Shown piece by piece: positions 16,149-24,871 of a stretch of 43,703 nucleotides of DNA. The DNA is from a virus. Lineage: Duplodnaviria; Caudoviricetes. Below the pieces are notes generated by a model that worked only from the letters and a program-made list of their open reading frames with translations, was not told the origin of the DNA and ran no database searches. The stretch lies in the IMG/VR virus record IMGVR_UViG_3300029822_000021, positions 1-43,703 of that record. One strand, written 5' to 3'. Position 1 is the first letter of the stretch, and every line of letters starts with the position of its first letter. A program made the translations under genes and the position numbers.

Positions 16149-16709
16149 GTGGAAATCGTGGCTCTGACAAAAAAGCGACAGCGCTTCTGCGAAGAGTACC
16201 TGATCGACTTGAACGGCACACAGGCCGCGATTCGAGCCGGTTACTCGGTAGAGACTGCGGGGAGCATCGCCTCCGAGTTATTAACAATACCTGAAGTCCG
16301 CACGCGCATAGAGACAGCCATGGCCGAGCGCAGCAGGCGCGTCGGGGTGAACGCCGATCGCGTGCTGCAGGAACTGGGCAAGGTCGCGTTCATCAATGCA
16401 GTGGACGTGATCAATATGAACGATGCCACAGTTGCAGAAGACGCTAATCGAGATGACACAGCTGCGATCGCCAGCGTCAAAGTCAAGGTGTTTCCCACCG
16501 AAGCGGGTGAAGGCGTCGAACGCGAAATCAGACTAGCGGACAAGCTGAAGGCGCTGGAGTTGTGCGGTCGCCACCTGGGTATGTTCAAAGATTCAATGAG
16601 CCTGAACGTTAATCTGGAATTGTCCGACAGAATCAAACAATCGCGGGAGCGTGCATTAAATGGCAGGAAAACAACTAACGGTGACACCGGAGGAAATACA
16701 ACTGATTGA
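16149..16709 (+). CDS. terS: Terminase small subunit
   Basis: LTKKRQRFCEEYLIDLNGTQAAIRAGYS...DKLKALELCGRHLGMF (Terminase_2-like); alternative start at 16158. Confidence 0.93.
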   Translation: MEIVALTKKRQRFCEEYLIDLNGTQAAIRAGYSVETAGSIASELLTIPEVRTRIETAMAERSRRVGVNADRVLQELGKVAFINAVDVINMNDATVAEDANRDDTAAIASVKVKVFPTEAGEGVEREIRLADKLKALELCGRHLGMFKDSMSLNVNLELSDRIKQSRERALNGRKTTNGDTGGNTTD

Positions 16710-18150
16710 TGATATAGCCAGTTTTACGCACGACCCGTTGAAATTCGTCCTCTACGCATTTCCATGGAGCGAGCCGGGGGAATTGGAAAAATTCGATGGT
16801 CCGGAGGGCTGGCAGTGCGAGATCCTGAAGGCAATCAACACCGGCCTTATGTCTATCAATGAAGCGATTCAGATAGCGGTCGCTTCAGGCCATGGAATCG
16901 GGAAGTCAGCGTTGGTGGCATGGATTATTTTGTGGGCGATGTCCACACACGAAGACACCAAGGGCATCGTTACCGCGAACACTGATACACAGCTGCGCAC
17001 GAAGACGTGGGCGGAGTTGGCTAAATGGCACAGACTGTGTATTTGCAAACACTGGTTTGCCTTTACCGCGACAGCCATTTACTCAGCGGATCCGTCTCAT
17101 GAGAAAACATGGCGTGTTGACGCCATCCCATGGTCTGTTACGAATTCGGAAGCATTCGCCGGGCTTCATAACCAAGGGAAACGCCTCCTACTAATCTTCG
17201 ACGAAGCGTCAGCCATCGACGACAAAATATGGGAAGTAGCTCAAGGCGCGCTCACAGACAAAGACACTGAAATAGTGTGGTGCGCCTTTGGGAACCCGAC
17301 GCGTAATGTCGGAAGTTTCTATAACTGTTTTCATAAGCTTCGGCACCGCTGGCGCACGAAGCAGGTTGACAGCCGCACAGTACGGATCAGCAATAAGGAT
17401 CAGATTCAGAAGTGGGTTGATGATTACGGCGAAGACAGCGACTTTGTTAAGGTGCGTGTCAAAGGGGAATTTCCCGCCACCTCCGACCGACAGTTTATTG
17501 GTTCAGGCCTGGTGACAGCGGCTCGCGGCAAGCACATACCGAAGAGCCAATATAACTTCGCGGCCAAGATCATTACGTGTGACCCAGCATGGACTGGCGG
17601 CGATGAGGTTGTCATCTGGCTGCGGCAGGGACTAGCCTCGCAAAAGCTCGGTATTTATCCTAAAAACGATGATGACGGCGTGATCGCCGGATACTTGATG
17701 GGTTTCGAAGACGAACATCAGGCGGATGCGGTATTCATCGATATCGGTTATGGGACTGGCATCTATTCATTTGGCAAGCAATTGGGACGGCGCTGGACAC
17801 TAGTAGAGTTCGGCGCCGCGTCATCGGATCCAGCGTTTTTGAACAAACGTGCGGAGATGTGGGGACTGATGAAAAAATGGCTCAAAGAGGGCGGAGCCAT
17901 CCCGGACGATCCTCAGCTAGCCGAAGAGCTGACCAGCGTGGAGTATTTTGTCGTGCCAAGCGGACACAACGCTGGGAAAATACAGTTAGAATCCAAGAAG
18001 GATATGAAGGCACGCGGGTTGCCTTCGCCTAATAGGGCCGACGCTCTCGCGCTGTCTTTTGCTTACCCAGTGCAACCGAAGCGATTGCAGCTGGGCGGTG
18101 AGCGAGGACAATTCGCGCAACACGAGTTCGATCCGCTAGCGCATCGTTAA
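16660..18150 (+). CDS. terL: Terminase large subunit
   Basis: ASGHGIGKS Walker A, LIFDEAS Walker B, FGNPT coupling motif, RNase H CDPA...D and SPNRADAL. Confidence 0.95.
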   Translation: MAGKQLTVTPEEIQLIDDIASFTHDPLKFVLYAFPWSEPGELEKFDGPEGWQCEILKAINTGLMSINEAIQIAVASGHGIGKSALVAWIILWAMSTHEDTKGIVTANTDTQLRTKTWAELAKWHRLCICKHWFAFTATAIYSADPSHEKTWRVDAIPWSVTNSEAFAGLHNQGKRLLLIFDEASAIDDKIWEVAQGALTDKDTEIVWCAFGNPTRNVGSFYNCFHKLRHRWRTKQVDSRTVRISNKDQIQKWVDDYGEDSDFVKVRVKGEFPATSDRQFIGSGLVTAARGKHIPKSQYNFAAKIITCDPAWTGGDEVVIWLRQGLASQKLGIYPKNDDDGVIAGYLMGFEDEHQADAVFIDIGYGTGIYSFGKQLGRRWTLVEFGAASSDPAFLNKRAEMWGLMKKWLKEGGAIPDDPQLAEELTSVEYFVVPSGHNAGKIQLESKKDMKARGLPSPNRADALALSFAYPVQPKRLQLGGERGQFAQHEFDPLAHR

Positions 18151-18162
18151 GGAGGCATATAA

Positions 18163-18525
18163 ATGGGCAGTTCAAAAACCAAAACAGCCGGACCGGTAGT
18201 GCCAATGACCACGACAGAAGAGTCCATTATGGAATCGAATCTGGCAGCGCGAGACGCATTGCGGCGTAATGTTATGCGCCGGGGAGTATGGAACACGATT
18301 AAAAACGCCGGCGGATTCCGAGGCGATCAGTCAGCGGCGAACGTAAGGACAGGCTCGCTGATCGGCGAGGCGGGAACAGTTCCGGAGGCTGCAACCGATT
18401 CAATGTTAGATATCGGTAAACAAGTACCAGGCAAACCCAAGAAGGATGAAAACAAGTTGCCGGTGACATCTCCCTGGAGGGCTGGCGTGCTCAATCTTAC
18501 CAAGCGTAGCGCGATAGGTTCATGA
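18163..18525 (+). CDS. Small pre-portal protein (T7 gp7.3-like position)
   Basis: AAGGAGG RBS; lies between terL and portal. Confidence 0.6.
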   Translation: MGSSKTKTAGPVVPMTTTEESIMESNLAARDALRRNVMRRGVWNTIKNAGGFRGDQSAANVRTGSLIGEAGTVPEAATDSMLDIGKQVPGKPKKDENKLPVTSPWRAGVLNLTKRSAIGS

Positions 18526-18544
18526 TGGAAAGCGGTGAGGATAG

Positions 18545-20218
18545 ATGAATGTAGACAGAAAGCCATTTGAACTGCGATTCGCAGCCTTGCGCCAGGAGCG
18601 GCAGCCGTGGGAGCCGGTCTGGAAGGACATTCAGAAATACATACTTCCGACACGTGGGTGCTTTGACGATGTCAAGCCCGGTGACGATATTGCCATCGAC
18701 CATAAGGCCATGCTGGATGGCGAGCCGATGGACGCCGCACTGACACTGGCGTCTGGTATGATGAGCGGCCTAACCTCACCTGCGATGCCTTGGTTTTCTC
18801 TGGGCGTCGCTGATCCGGAACTGAACGGCTATCAGCCTGTGCGCGTGTGGGCCGACCAGGTGCGCGATCGCATGATGACCATTTTTCAGCGCAGTAACAT
18901 CTATGAAGGCTTATACAGCGTCTATGAGGAGCTGGGCACCTTTGGCACAGCGGCGCTGATCGTCCTGGAAGACTTCGACACCGTCATTCGCAGCATGTGG
19001 TTTACGATCGGCGAGTATTGCGTAGCACCGGATGACCTGGGGCGTGTACGGACATTCGCACGCTCGTTCTGGATGTCGGTTGAAAACCTGATCGCCAAAT
19101 TCGGACGCGAGAATGTCAGCGCAAACGCGCTACGCCTGTTCGACAGCAATCACGCGCACGAGTTGATTAAGGTTAACCACCTCATTGAACCGAACGACGG
19201 GCGCGACCCACAGCGCAAAAACAACAGGAATTTGCCTTATCGGTCGGTGTACTGGGAGGATCACGCTGAGGCGGACAAGATACTGCGGCTAAGTGGTTTT
19301 CAGCAGTTCCCGGTGCTGTGTCCACGCTGGGGCGTGCGCACCACAACTGACTCTTATGGTCGCGGAGCTCCTGGCTGGCGTGCGCTGGGAGACAGCAAGA
19401 CCTTACAGGCCATGAATCGTGACGAACTGCGCGGCCTGGCCAAGGCGGTTGATCCGCCTATCCAAGCACCGGAACGCATGAAAGGTGAGATCATCAATGC
19501 GTTACCGGGTGGCGTGACCTTTTTTAGCGGTACCCAGAATGAGCGCGTTACGTCGCTATATGATATCAGGCCAGACCTGCAGCAGATTGAGTACGGCATC
19601 GCACAACGACAGTATAAAATCAGTCGTTATTTTTATGCCGACTTGTTCAAGATGCTGCAACAGAAGACTGGGCCGCAAATGACCGCACGCGAGATTATGG
19701 AGCGCAAAGAGGAGAAAATGACCGTCCTGGCTCCTGTGTTAGAACGCGTGGAGACGGAACTGCTGGACCCGCTCATCGAACGCGCCTTTTATATTATGCT
19801 CGAAGCTGGCTTGGTGCCTGAACCGCCGACAGAGCTTGAAGGCGTTGAATTGCGCGTCGAGTACATCAGCGTGCTGGCACAGGCGCAGAAAATGGTTGGC
19901 ACTACTGGCATTGAGCAGTTCGCCAACTTCGCGGGCGGTCTGACCGCCGTCCAGCCGAACGTGCTGGATAAAATCGACATCGATGAGATGCTGGAGGAAT
20001 ACGGCACCCGGGTCGGAGTACCGCCGAAAATCCTGCGTTCCGAAGAGGACGTGGCACAGATACGCCAGCAGCGTGCCGAGGCTGAGCAGCAGGCGGCCAT
20101 GCAGGAACAGATGGCAGCCGGGGTGCAGGGGGCGAAGGTCCTTAGTGAGACAAAGGTTGATCAACCGAGCGCGTTAACGGCGCTGCTGGGTGGTGGTCTT
20201 GGAGGGGGGATAGCGTAA
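18545..20218 (+). CDS. Portal / head-tail connector (T7 gp8/BPP-1-like)
   Basis: LASGMMSGLTSP..PWF, ELGTFGTA, YGRG, MTAREIMERKEEK..LAPV.ER, EYISVLAQAQK. Confidence 0.92.
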   Translation: MNVDRKPFELRFAALRQERQPWEPVWKDIQKYILPTRGCFDDVKPGDDIAIDHKAMLDGEPMDAALTLASGMMSGLTSPAMPWFSLGVADPELNGYQPVRVWADQVRDRMMTIFQRSNIYEGLYSVYEELGTFGTAALIVLEDFDTVIRSMWFTIGEYCVAPDDLGRVRTFARSFWMSVENLIAKFGRENVSANALRLFDSNHAHELIKVNHLIEPNDGRDPQRKNNRNLPYRSVYWEDHAEADKILRLSGFQQFPVLCPRWGVRTTTDSYGRGAPGWRALGDSKTLQAMNRDELRGLAKAVDPPIQAPERMKGEIINALPGGVTFFSGTQNERVTSLYDIRPDLQQIEYGIAQRQYKISRYFYADLFKMLQQKTGPQMTAREIMERKEEKMTVLAPVLERVETELLDPLIERAFYIMLEAGLVPEPPTELEGVELRVEYISVLAQAQKMVGTTGIEQFANFAGGLTAVQPNVLDKIDIDEMLEEYGTRVGVPPKILRSEEDVAQIRQQRAEAEQQAAMQEQMAAGVQGAKVLSETKVDQPSALTALLGGGLGGGIA

Positions 20219-20219
20219 C

Positions 20220-20573
20220 ATGGCTCAGCGTACACCGCGCACAGCGCATGAGCAGGAAGCCGTTGAACAGATCAAGCGTCTCGCTGACGACAAAGCGTCT
20301 GAAGAGTTGCGCCAGGTGCTGTCAACGTATGAAGGCCGCTGCCTGGTGTGGTGGCTGATGGAGCAGAGTGGATTCTATAGCACGTCATTCAACGGCAACT
20401 CCCGCGACTATTACGAACTGGGCAAACGCAGCGTGGGAGCGCAGCTCCATGCGCGAGTGGTCGATGCTGCCGGATTCAGCGCATTTGACACAATGCGGCG
20501 TGAAGCGGAGGCAAGGCGAGCAGAGCAAGAAGCACTCGTCAAAAAACAATTACAGACGGAGGATGATTTTTGA
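20220..20573 (+). CDS. Bbp19-like head-associated protein
   Basis: LRQVLSTYEGRCLVWWLME...SF.GNS....ELGKRSVG; follows portal. Confidence 0.7.
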   Translation: MAQRTPRTAHEQEAVEQIKRLADDKASEELRQVLSTYEGRCLVWWLMEQSGFYSTSFNGNSRDYYELGKRSVGAQLHARVVDAAGFSAFDTMRREAEARRAEQEALVKKQLQTEDDF

Positions 20574-20866
20574 TGAATTTTGGACAAGCACTTGAGGAAT
20601 TGAAGGCCGGTAAGAAAGTTGCGCGTGAGGGTTGGAATGGTAAGGGCATGTGGATAGTGTTAATGCCTGCCTTGTACCTGCCGCCGTTCAACACGCAGGA
20701 CACAAACCGCAAAGTCAACGACCGGACAGCCAAACACATCGGCGAAGATATGCCGCTGGACAGTCAGCCGTATATCGCCATGTGGACGGCCAAACAGCAG
20801 TGGCAGCCGGGTTGGCTGGCGTCACAGGCTGATATGCTGGCCGAAGACTGGCAGGTTGTCGACTAA
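20570..20866 (+). CDS. tad2: DUF2829 / Tad2-like cyclic-nucleotide sponge (anti-defence)
   Basis: MNFGQALEELKAGKKVAREGWNGKGMW...PYIAMWTA...PGWLASQADMLAEDW matches the DUF2829 signature. Confidence 0.85.
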   Translation: MMNFGQALEELKAGKKVAREGWNGKGMWIVLMPALYLPPFNTQDTNRKVNDRTAKHIGEDMPLDSQPYIAMWTAKQQWQPGWLASQADMLAEDWQVVD

Positions 20867-20884
20867 AAAGGAGGTAAATTCGCT

Positions 20885-21592
20885 ATGACTGGCGAGCAAA
20901 CTGTGCTTTCCGGCGCTCAGGCTAGCACCGCAAGTGCCGAAGACACGAAACCAACAACCCAAACCGAACAGGCAGCCGCAGCAACCGCTGTCGCCACCGA
21001 AGAAACTATCCTGGGTGGCGCGGGTGCCACCGAAAAAGGGACAGAACAGACCACTACCACTCAGCAGACTGAGACTAAACCGCAGGACGGCCAAAAGGGC
21101 GCTGAACAGACCGAGACAGAGGATAAGACGCAGGCACCAGCTGAGTACACCGATTTCACCATGCCAGAGGGTGTGACAGCTTCGCCGGAGCTGCTGACCG
21201 AGTTCAAAGGTGCTGCTAAGGAACTGGGTTTGAGCCAGGAGCAGGCGCAGAAGTTGGTCGACCTGCAGTCCAAGTTCGTCTTGGCCAGTGCCAAAGAGCA
21301 GCAAGAGCAGTTTACCCAGCTCGGAAACGAGTGGGCGGCAGAGACGAAAAAGGCGCTGGGCACTAGCTTCGCAACCGAGATGCGTTTCGCTGCCAAGGCG
21401 CGCGATCAGTTCGCGTCACCGGAGCTGGTGCAGCTGCTCAACGATTCCAAGTTGGGCAACCATCCGGAAGTGGTGAAGCTGTTCATCGCGATCGGCAAAG
21501 CCGTATCTGAGGATGGCTTTGTGAGTGGTAGAAACGCCGCCGAGAATGATCCCTTGGTCGCAATGTACCCGACCATGAAAGACCCAAAGTAA
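20885..21592 (+). CDS. Capsid assembly scaffolding protein
   Basis: T/E/Q-rich N-terminus, APAEYTDFTMPEG, AKELGLSQEQAQKL, LGNHPEVVKLF..IGK..SED; precedes MCP. Confidence 0.85.
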   Translation: MTGEQTVLSGAQASTASAEDTKPTTQTEQAAAATAVATEETILGGAGATEKGTEQTTTTQQTETKPQDGQKGAEQTETEDKTQAPAEYTDFTMPEGVTASPELLTEFKGAAKELGLSQEQAQKLVDLQSKFVLASAKEQQEQFTQLGNEWAAETKKALGTSFATEMRFAAKARDQFASPELVQLLNDSKLGNHPEVVKLFIAIGKAVSEDGFVSGRNAAENDPLVAMYPTMKDPK

Positions 21593-21611
21593 AAAAGAAC
21601 AGGCACGAACG

Positions 21612-21638
21612 ACCGCCTTTAACATAGGGCGGTTTTTT
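21612..21638 (+). terminator. Intrinsic terminator-like hairpin before MCP
   Basis: ACCGCCTTT-AACAT-AGGGCGGT followed by a T run. Confidence 0.55.
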
Positions 21639-21664
21639 GATGCCAAAAGGAGTGAAAACAACGA

Positions 21665-22696
21665 ATGGCAAAGATAGGCGATGCCTTGACGCTGCTTGAT
21701 GTAGCGCGCAGGACAGACGACAGGGGCAGCATTGCCGCTATCGCAGAAATGCTGACTCAGGAAAACGATATCTTACTCGACATGCCTTGGTTTGAGGGCA
21801 ACCTTCCGACCGGGCATAAAACCACCATTCGAAACGGCTTGACCAAACCGACCTGGAGAAAGCTGAATTACGGCGTGAAGCAGTCCAAAAGCACAACCAC
21901 TCAGGTGGTCGACACCTGCGGTATGCTGGAGGACTATGGTGAAGTCGACGTGGACCTTGCCGGTTTGAACGGTAACACACGCGAATTCAGGCTTTCCGAA
22001 GACGCCGCGCACATTGAAGGCATTAGTCAGGAAATGGCTTCTATGCTCTTCTATGGTGACACGGACACCGATCCAGAGAAGATCTTGGGGTTGGCTCCCA
22101 GGTATGACACACCCAGCACCGACGAAAAAGAAATCGGTTCCAATATCATCGACGGCGGTGCTGCTGCTGGCCAGACCGATCTCACCAGTTTGTGGCTGGT
22201 TGTTTGGGGCCAGAACACCGTGCATGGCATCTATCCGAAAGGCAGCAAAGCTGGTTTGACGAACAAGGACCTGGGCGAGCAGACCGTTTCTGACGGAGAC
22301 GGTGGCTATTATCAGGCGCTTCGCAGCCACTACCAGTGGAAAGCTGGACTGTGCGTGCGTGACTGGCGTTACGTGGTCCGCATTGCCAACTTGGACGTTT
22401 CTGCTTTAGCAACCGCTGGGGACGATCAGGACACTTCAGCAAATCTGTGCAAGAAGATGATCCAAGCCATCGAGATGGTTCCCTCTCTCGGCAAGGGCCG
22501 TGCGGTCTTCTACAGCAATCGGGCAGTCAAAACCGCCTTGCGCATTCAGCTGATGAACAAGGCGAATGTGCTCCTGACCATGGACGACTTCACCGGCGTT
22601 GGCGGGATTACGCGCAAAGAACTTGCCTTCCAGGGCATTCCGGTGCGCCGCGTAGACAAGATCATCAACAACGAATCTGCGCTGTCCTTTAATTAA
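21665..22696 (+). CDS. Major capsid protein (BPP-1 Bbp17-like)
   Basis: IAEML.QEN.IL.D.PW.EGN, WRKLNYGV..SKS, HGIYPKGSKAGL, GLCVRDWRYVVRIAN, FQGIPVRRVD. Confidence 0.92.
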   Translation: MAKIGDALTLLDVARRTDDRGSIAAIAEMLTQENDILLDMPWFEGNLPTGHKTTIRNGLTKPTWRKLNYGVKQSKSTTTQVVDTCGMLEDYGEVDVDLAGLNGNTREFRLSEDAAHIEGISQEMASMLFYGDTDTDPEKILGLAPRYDTPSTDEKEIGSNIIDGGAAAGQTDLTSLWLVVWGQNTVHGIYPKGSKAGLTNKDLGEQTVSDGDGGYYQALRSHYQWKAGLCVRDWRYVVRIANLDVSALATAGDDQDTSANLCKKMIQAIEMVPSLGKGRAVFYSNRAVKTALRIQLMNKANVLLTMDDFTGVGGITRKELAFQGIPVRRVDKIINNESALSFN

Positions 22697-22710
22697 GGGG
22701 GCGTGACGAA

Positions 22711-23436
22711 ATGGGTTTACCTAACTTCTCAGGGTTCATCGGGCGGCAATTGAGGCAACTCCTTGCCGCCTTCGATCTTACCACCGGCCATGACCACGAC
22801 GGCGTAAACTCCAAAGCGGTCACCACCGGCGCACCTGCTGCCGGAGCGCTGGCCGCCAGTGCGGCTGGCCGTGCGATCATGGCGGACGGTTACTTCGACA
22901 AGGCAACCGTCGCCGCGAAGTTCGCTGCCGATTCAATTGACAATGCTGAATTGATCCAGTTGATCAGGGACGGCGCGTTCAATGCAGACGCCGCGACAAG
23001 GGCATTGTTTGACGATGCCATTTGGACGCTTGCGAAGCTGGACGTGGGAGCAAGGACTCACGTTCTGAGTTATCAGGTTGAGGATCTGGCCGCAGGTGCC
23101 GACATTGCGGCACGGGCGATCTTTGAGGTTCCGGCAGGGTTCGCAGCAACTGTGGTCAGCGCGTCGATCATCATGCTCGGTGCAAGTGCCGGGGTTGATG
23201 ATGCCAATACTTCCGTGATCGCGTTGAGCGATGGCACAAACGACATCGTGACAGCGACCTATAAGACTAGCGCGTTACCGCCTGCGGCAAACGCGAGCGC
23301 CAGTCTTGGTGAACCCGCAGCTGACCACAAGATACTGGCAGCAGGAGAGAAGTTGCACCTGGTAGTCACGAACGGTGCAACCGCGAACCTGCCTGCGTTC
23401 ATGGTGCAGGTGGTCTATTCGATAGCTGCCGCTTAG
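22711..23436 (+). CDS. Putative head decoration/fibre protein
   Basis: GHDHDGVNS motif, Ala-rich, C-terminal beta domain; follows MCP. Confidence 0.6.
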   Translation: MGLPNFSGFIGRQLRQLLAAFDLTTGHDHDGVNSKAVTTGAPAAGALAASAAGRAIMADGYFDKATVAAKFAADSIDNAELIQLIRDGAFNADAATRALFDDAIWTLAKLDVGARTHVLSYQVEDLAAGADIAARAIFEVPAGFAATVVSASIIMLGASAGVDDANTSVIALSDGTNDIVTATYKTSALPPAANASASLGEPAADHKILAAGEKLHLVVTNGATANLPAFMVQVVYSIAAA

Positions 23437-23461
23437 CAGCCTAAAGAAAGGGTGAAATAGG

Positions 23462-23869
23462 ATGTATGTTGATAAACAGTTAGAGTTCTCCGACGCGCAG
23501 GCCATTACCGGCGATGCCGCCAGTACCAATCATTTAGACTTGCAGAAAGCTGGTTCCTGGGCAGAGAAAGACGCTTGGCTGGTTGTCAAGGTCAATACCA
23601 CCTTTGATTCTGCCTTGGACACCGGCACGCTGACCCTGAAAGTCGAAACCGATGATGACAGCGAATTCGGGACCGCAACCGCTATTTACACCAGTGCCGC
23701 CCATGCCCAGGCCGCGCTCGTTGCCGGGGCCACCCTCCTGCAAATGCGCGTATCTGATATCGGCGCGCTGAAGCGTTACCTGCGGTTGTACTACGACAAC
23801 GGCACAGAGGTGTTCACAGCTGGTAAGATTGATGCCTTTATTACCAGCGATATTGAACACCGCTTTTAG
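23462..23869 (+). CDS. Bbp16-like capsid cement protein
   Basis: MYVDKQLEFSDAQAIT..AASTN..DL...RYLRLYY...TAGKIDAFI. Confidence 0.8.
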   Translation: MYVDKQLEFSDAQAITGDAASTNHLDLQKAGSWAEKDAWLVVKVNTTFDSALDTGTLTLKVETDDDSEFGTATAIYTSAAHAQAALVAGATLLQMRVSDIGALKRYLRLYYDNGTEVFTAGKIDAFITSDIEHRF

Positions 23870-23881
23870 GAGGCGTAGCGA

Positions 23882-24208
23882 ATGATACCGTATATCGCTA
23901 TTCGAGACTGCCAATACCGGGATGCGGAAGGCAAAATCCGGTTTTATAATGCCGGTGATGTTCTGGAATGGCAGGACGGGATGCCCAAGCCTCCGCCATC
24001 GTTTGAACGTGCGGATGGCAAGAAGGATAAAAAGCCTTCCGGCGAATCTCCGGCGCCTAAATTCGATCGCATGACCGTTGCCGAGTTGGAAGCCTTCGCC
24101 GCTGAGCATCAGATCAGCTTAGAAGGATGCGAAAACAAGGCGCAGAAGCTCGCGGCGATCAATGCGGGGCTGGAAGCCAAGAAACCGGACAAAGAGCCGG
24201 AGGCTTAG
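23882..24208 (+). CDS. Hypothetical virion-associated protein (C-terminal HeH-like motif)
   Basis: MTVAELEAFAAEHQISL....KAQKLAAI; AGGAGG RBS. Confidence 0.65.
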   Translation: MIPYIAIRDCQYRDAEGKIRFYNAGDVLEWQDGMPKPPPSFERADGKKDKKPSGESPAPKFDRMTVAELEAFAAEHQISLEGCENKAQKLAAINAGLEAKKPDKEPEA

Positions 24209-24220
24209 GGCAACAGACTG

Positions 24221-24251
24221 AAAGGGGACGGCTTTAGGTCGTCCCTTTTTT
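24221..24251 (+). terminator. Intrinsic terminator after head genes
   Basis: AAAGGGGACGGC-TTTAG-GTCGTCCCTTTTTT. Confidence 0.7.
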
Positions 24252-24274
24252 CGCAAAGAGGGGGAGTAACGCAG

Positions 24275-24871
24275 ATGGCCACTCAGGTTGATATCATAAA
24301 TTTGGCACTAACGCGTTTGGGTGTGCGCACAATCACACTCGCAGAACTCACCGAGCAGTCTAGCGAGCCAGCACGCCGCGCCGTTGTGGTGTGGGACTTG
24401 GTGCGACAGGCCGTACTGCGTGACCACGCATGGGGCTTCGCGTTGAAAAACAGTGTTTTAACGGACGCACTAGGCGATGCGGTGCCCGGCTGGCAGTACA
24501 TGTACCTGTACCCCTCCGACTGTCTACGGGCCTGGTCGCTGATCAGCGCCACCGTTATCAGTCCGCAGCCGTTTGAAAAACTGCTGGACGGCGATCGCCT
24601 GGTAATTGTCTGCGACCTGCCGGACGCTGTCCTGCGCTATACCACCGATGTCGAGGACACGGCATTGTGGGATGCGGTTTATGTAGACGCGTTCGCCTGG
24701 AGGCTCGCAGCCGAACTGGCCAAGCCGCTCGCTGGCGATGATGCCAAAATGCGCGATATGCTTCAGGCTTACATGATGTCTCTGGCGCAGGCCAAGGCTT
24801 CGGATGCCAATGAAGGGCAGCTTCAGAGCGTCCCAGTCGGACTGGGTAACCCGTATTACGAAGTGAGGTGA
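24275..24871 (+). CDS. Tail tubular protein A / adaptor (T7 gp11-like)
   Basis: VDIINLALTRLG...LRDHAWGFA...WQYMYLYPSDCLR...AWRLAAELA. Confidence 0.85.
   Translation: MATQVDIINLALTRLGVRTITLAELTEQSSEPARRAVVVWDLVRQAVLRDHAWGFALKNSVLTDALGDAVPGWQYMYLYPSDCLRAWSLISATVISPQPFEKLLDGDRLVIVCDLPDAVLRYTTDVEDTALWDAVYVDAFAWRLAAELAKPLAGDDAKMRDMLQAYMMSLAQAKASDANEGQLQSVPVGLGNPYYEVR

Noticed and set aside
22680-22711. Programmed frameshift fusing MCP to the downstream gene (T7 10A/10B-like)
   Set aside because: No canonical slippery heptamer, the -1 frame hits TAA immediately, and the next gene has its own RBS.
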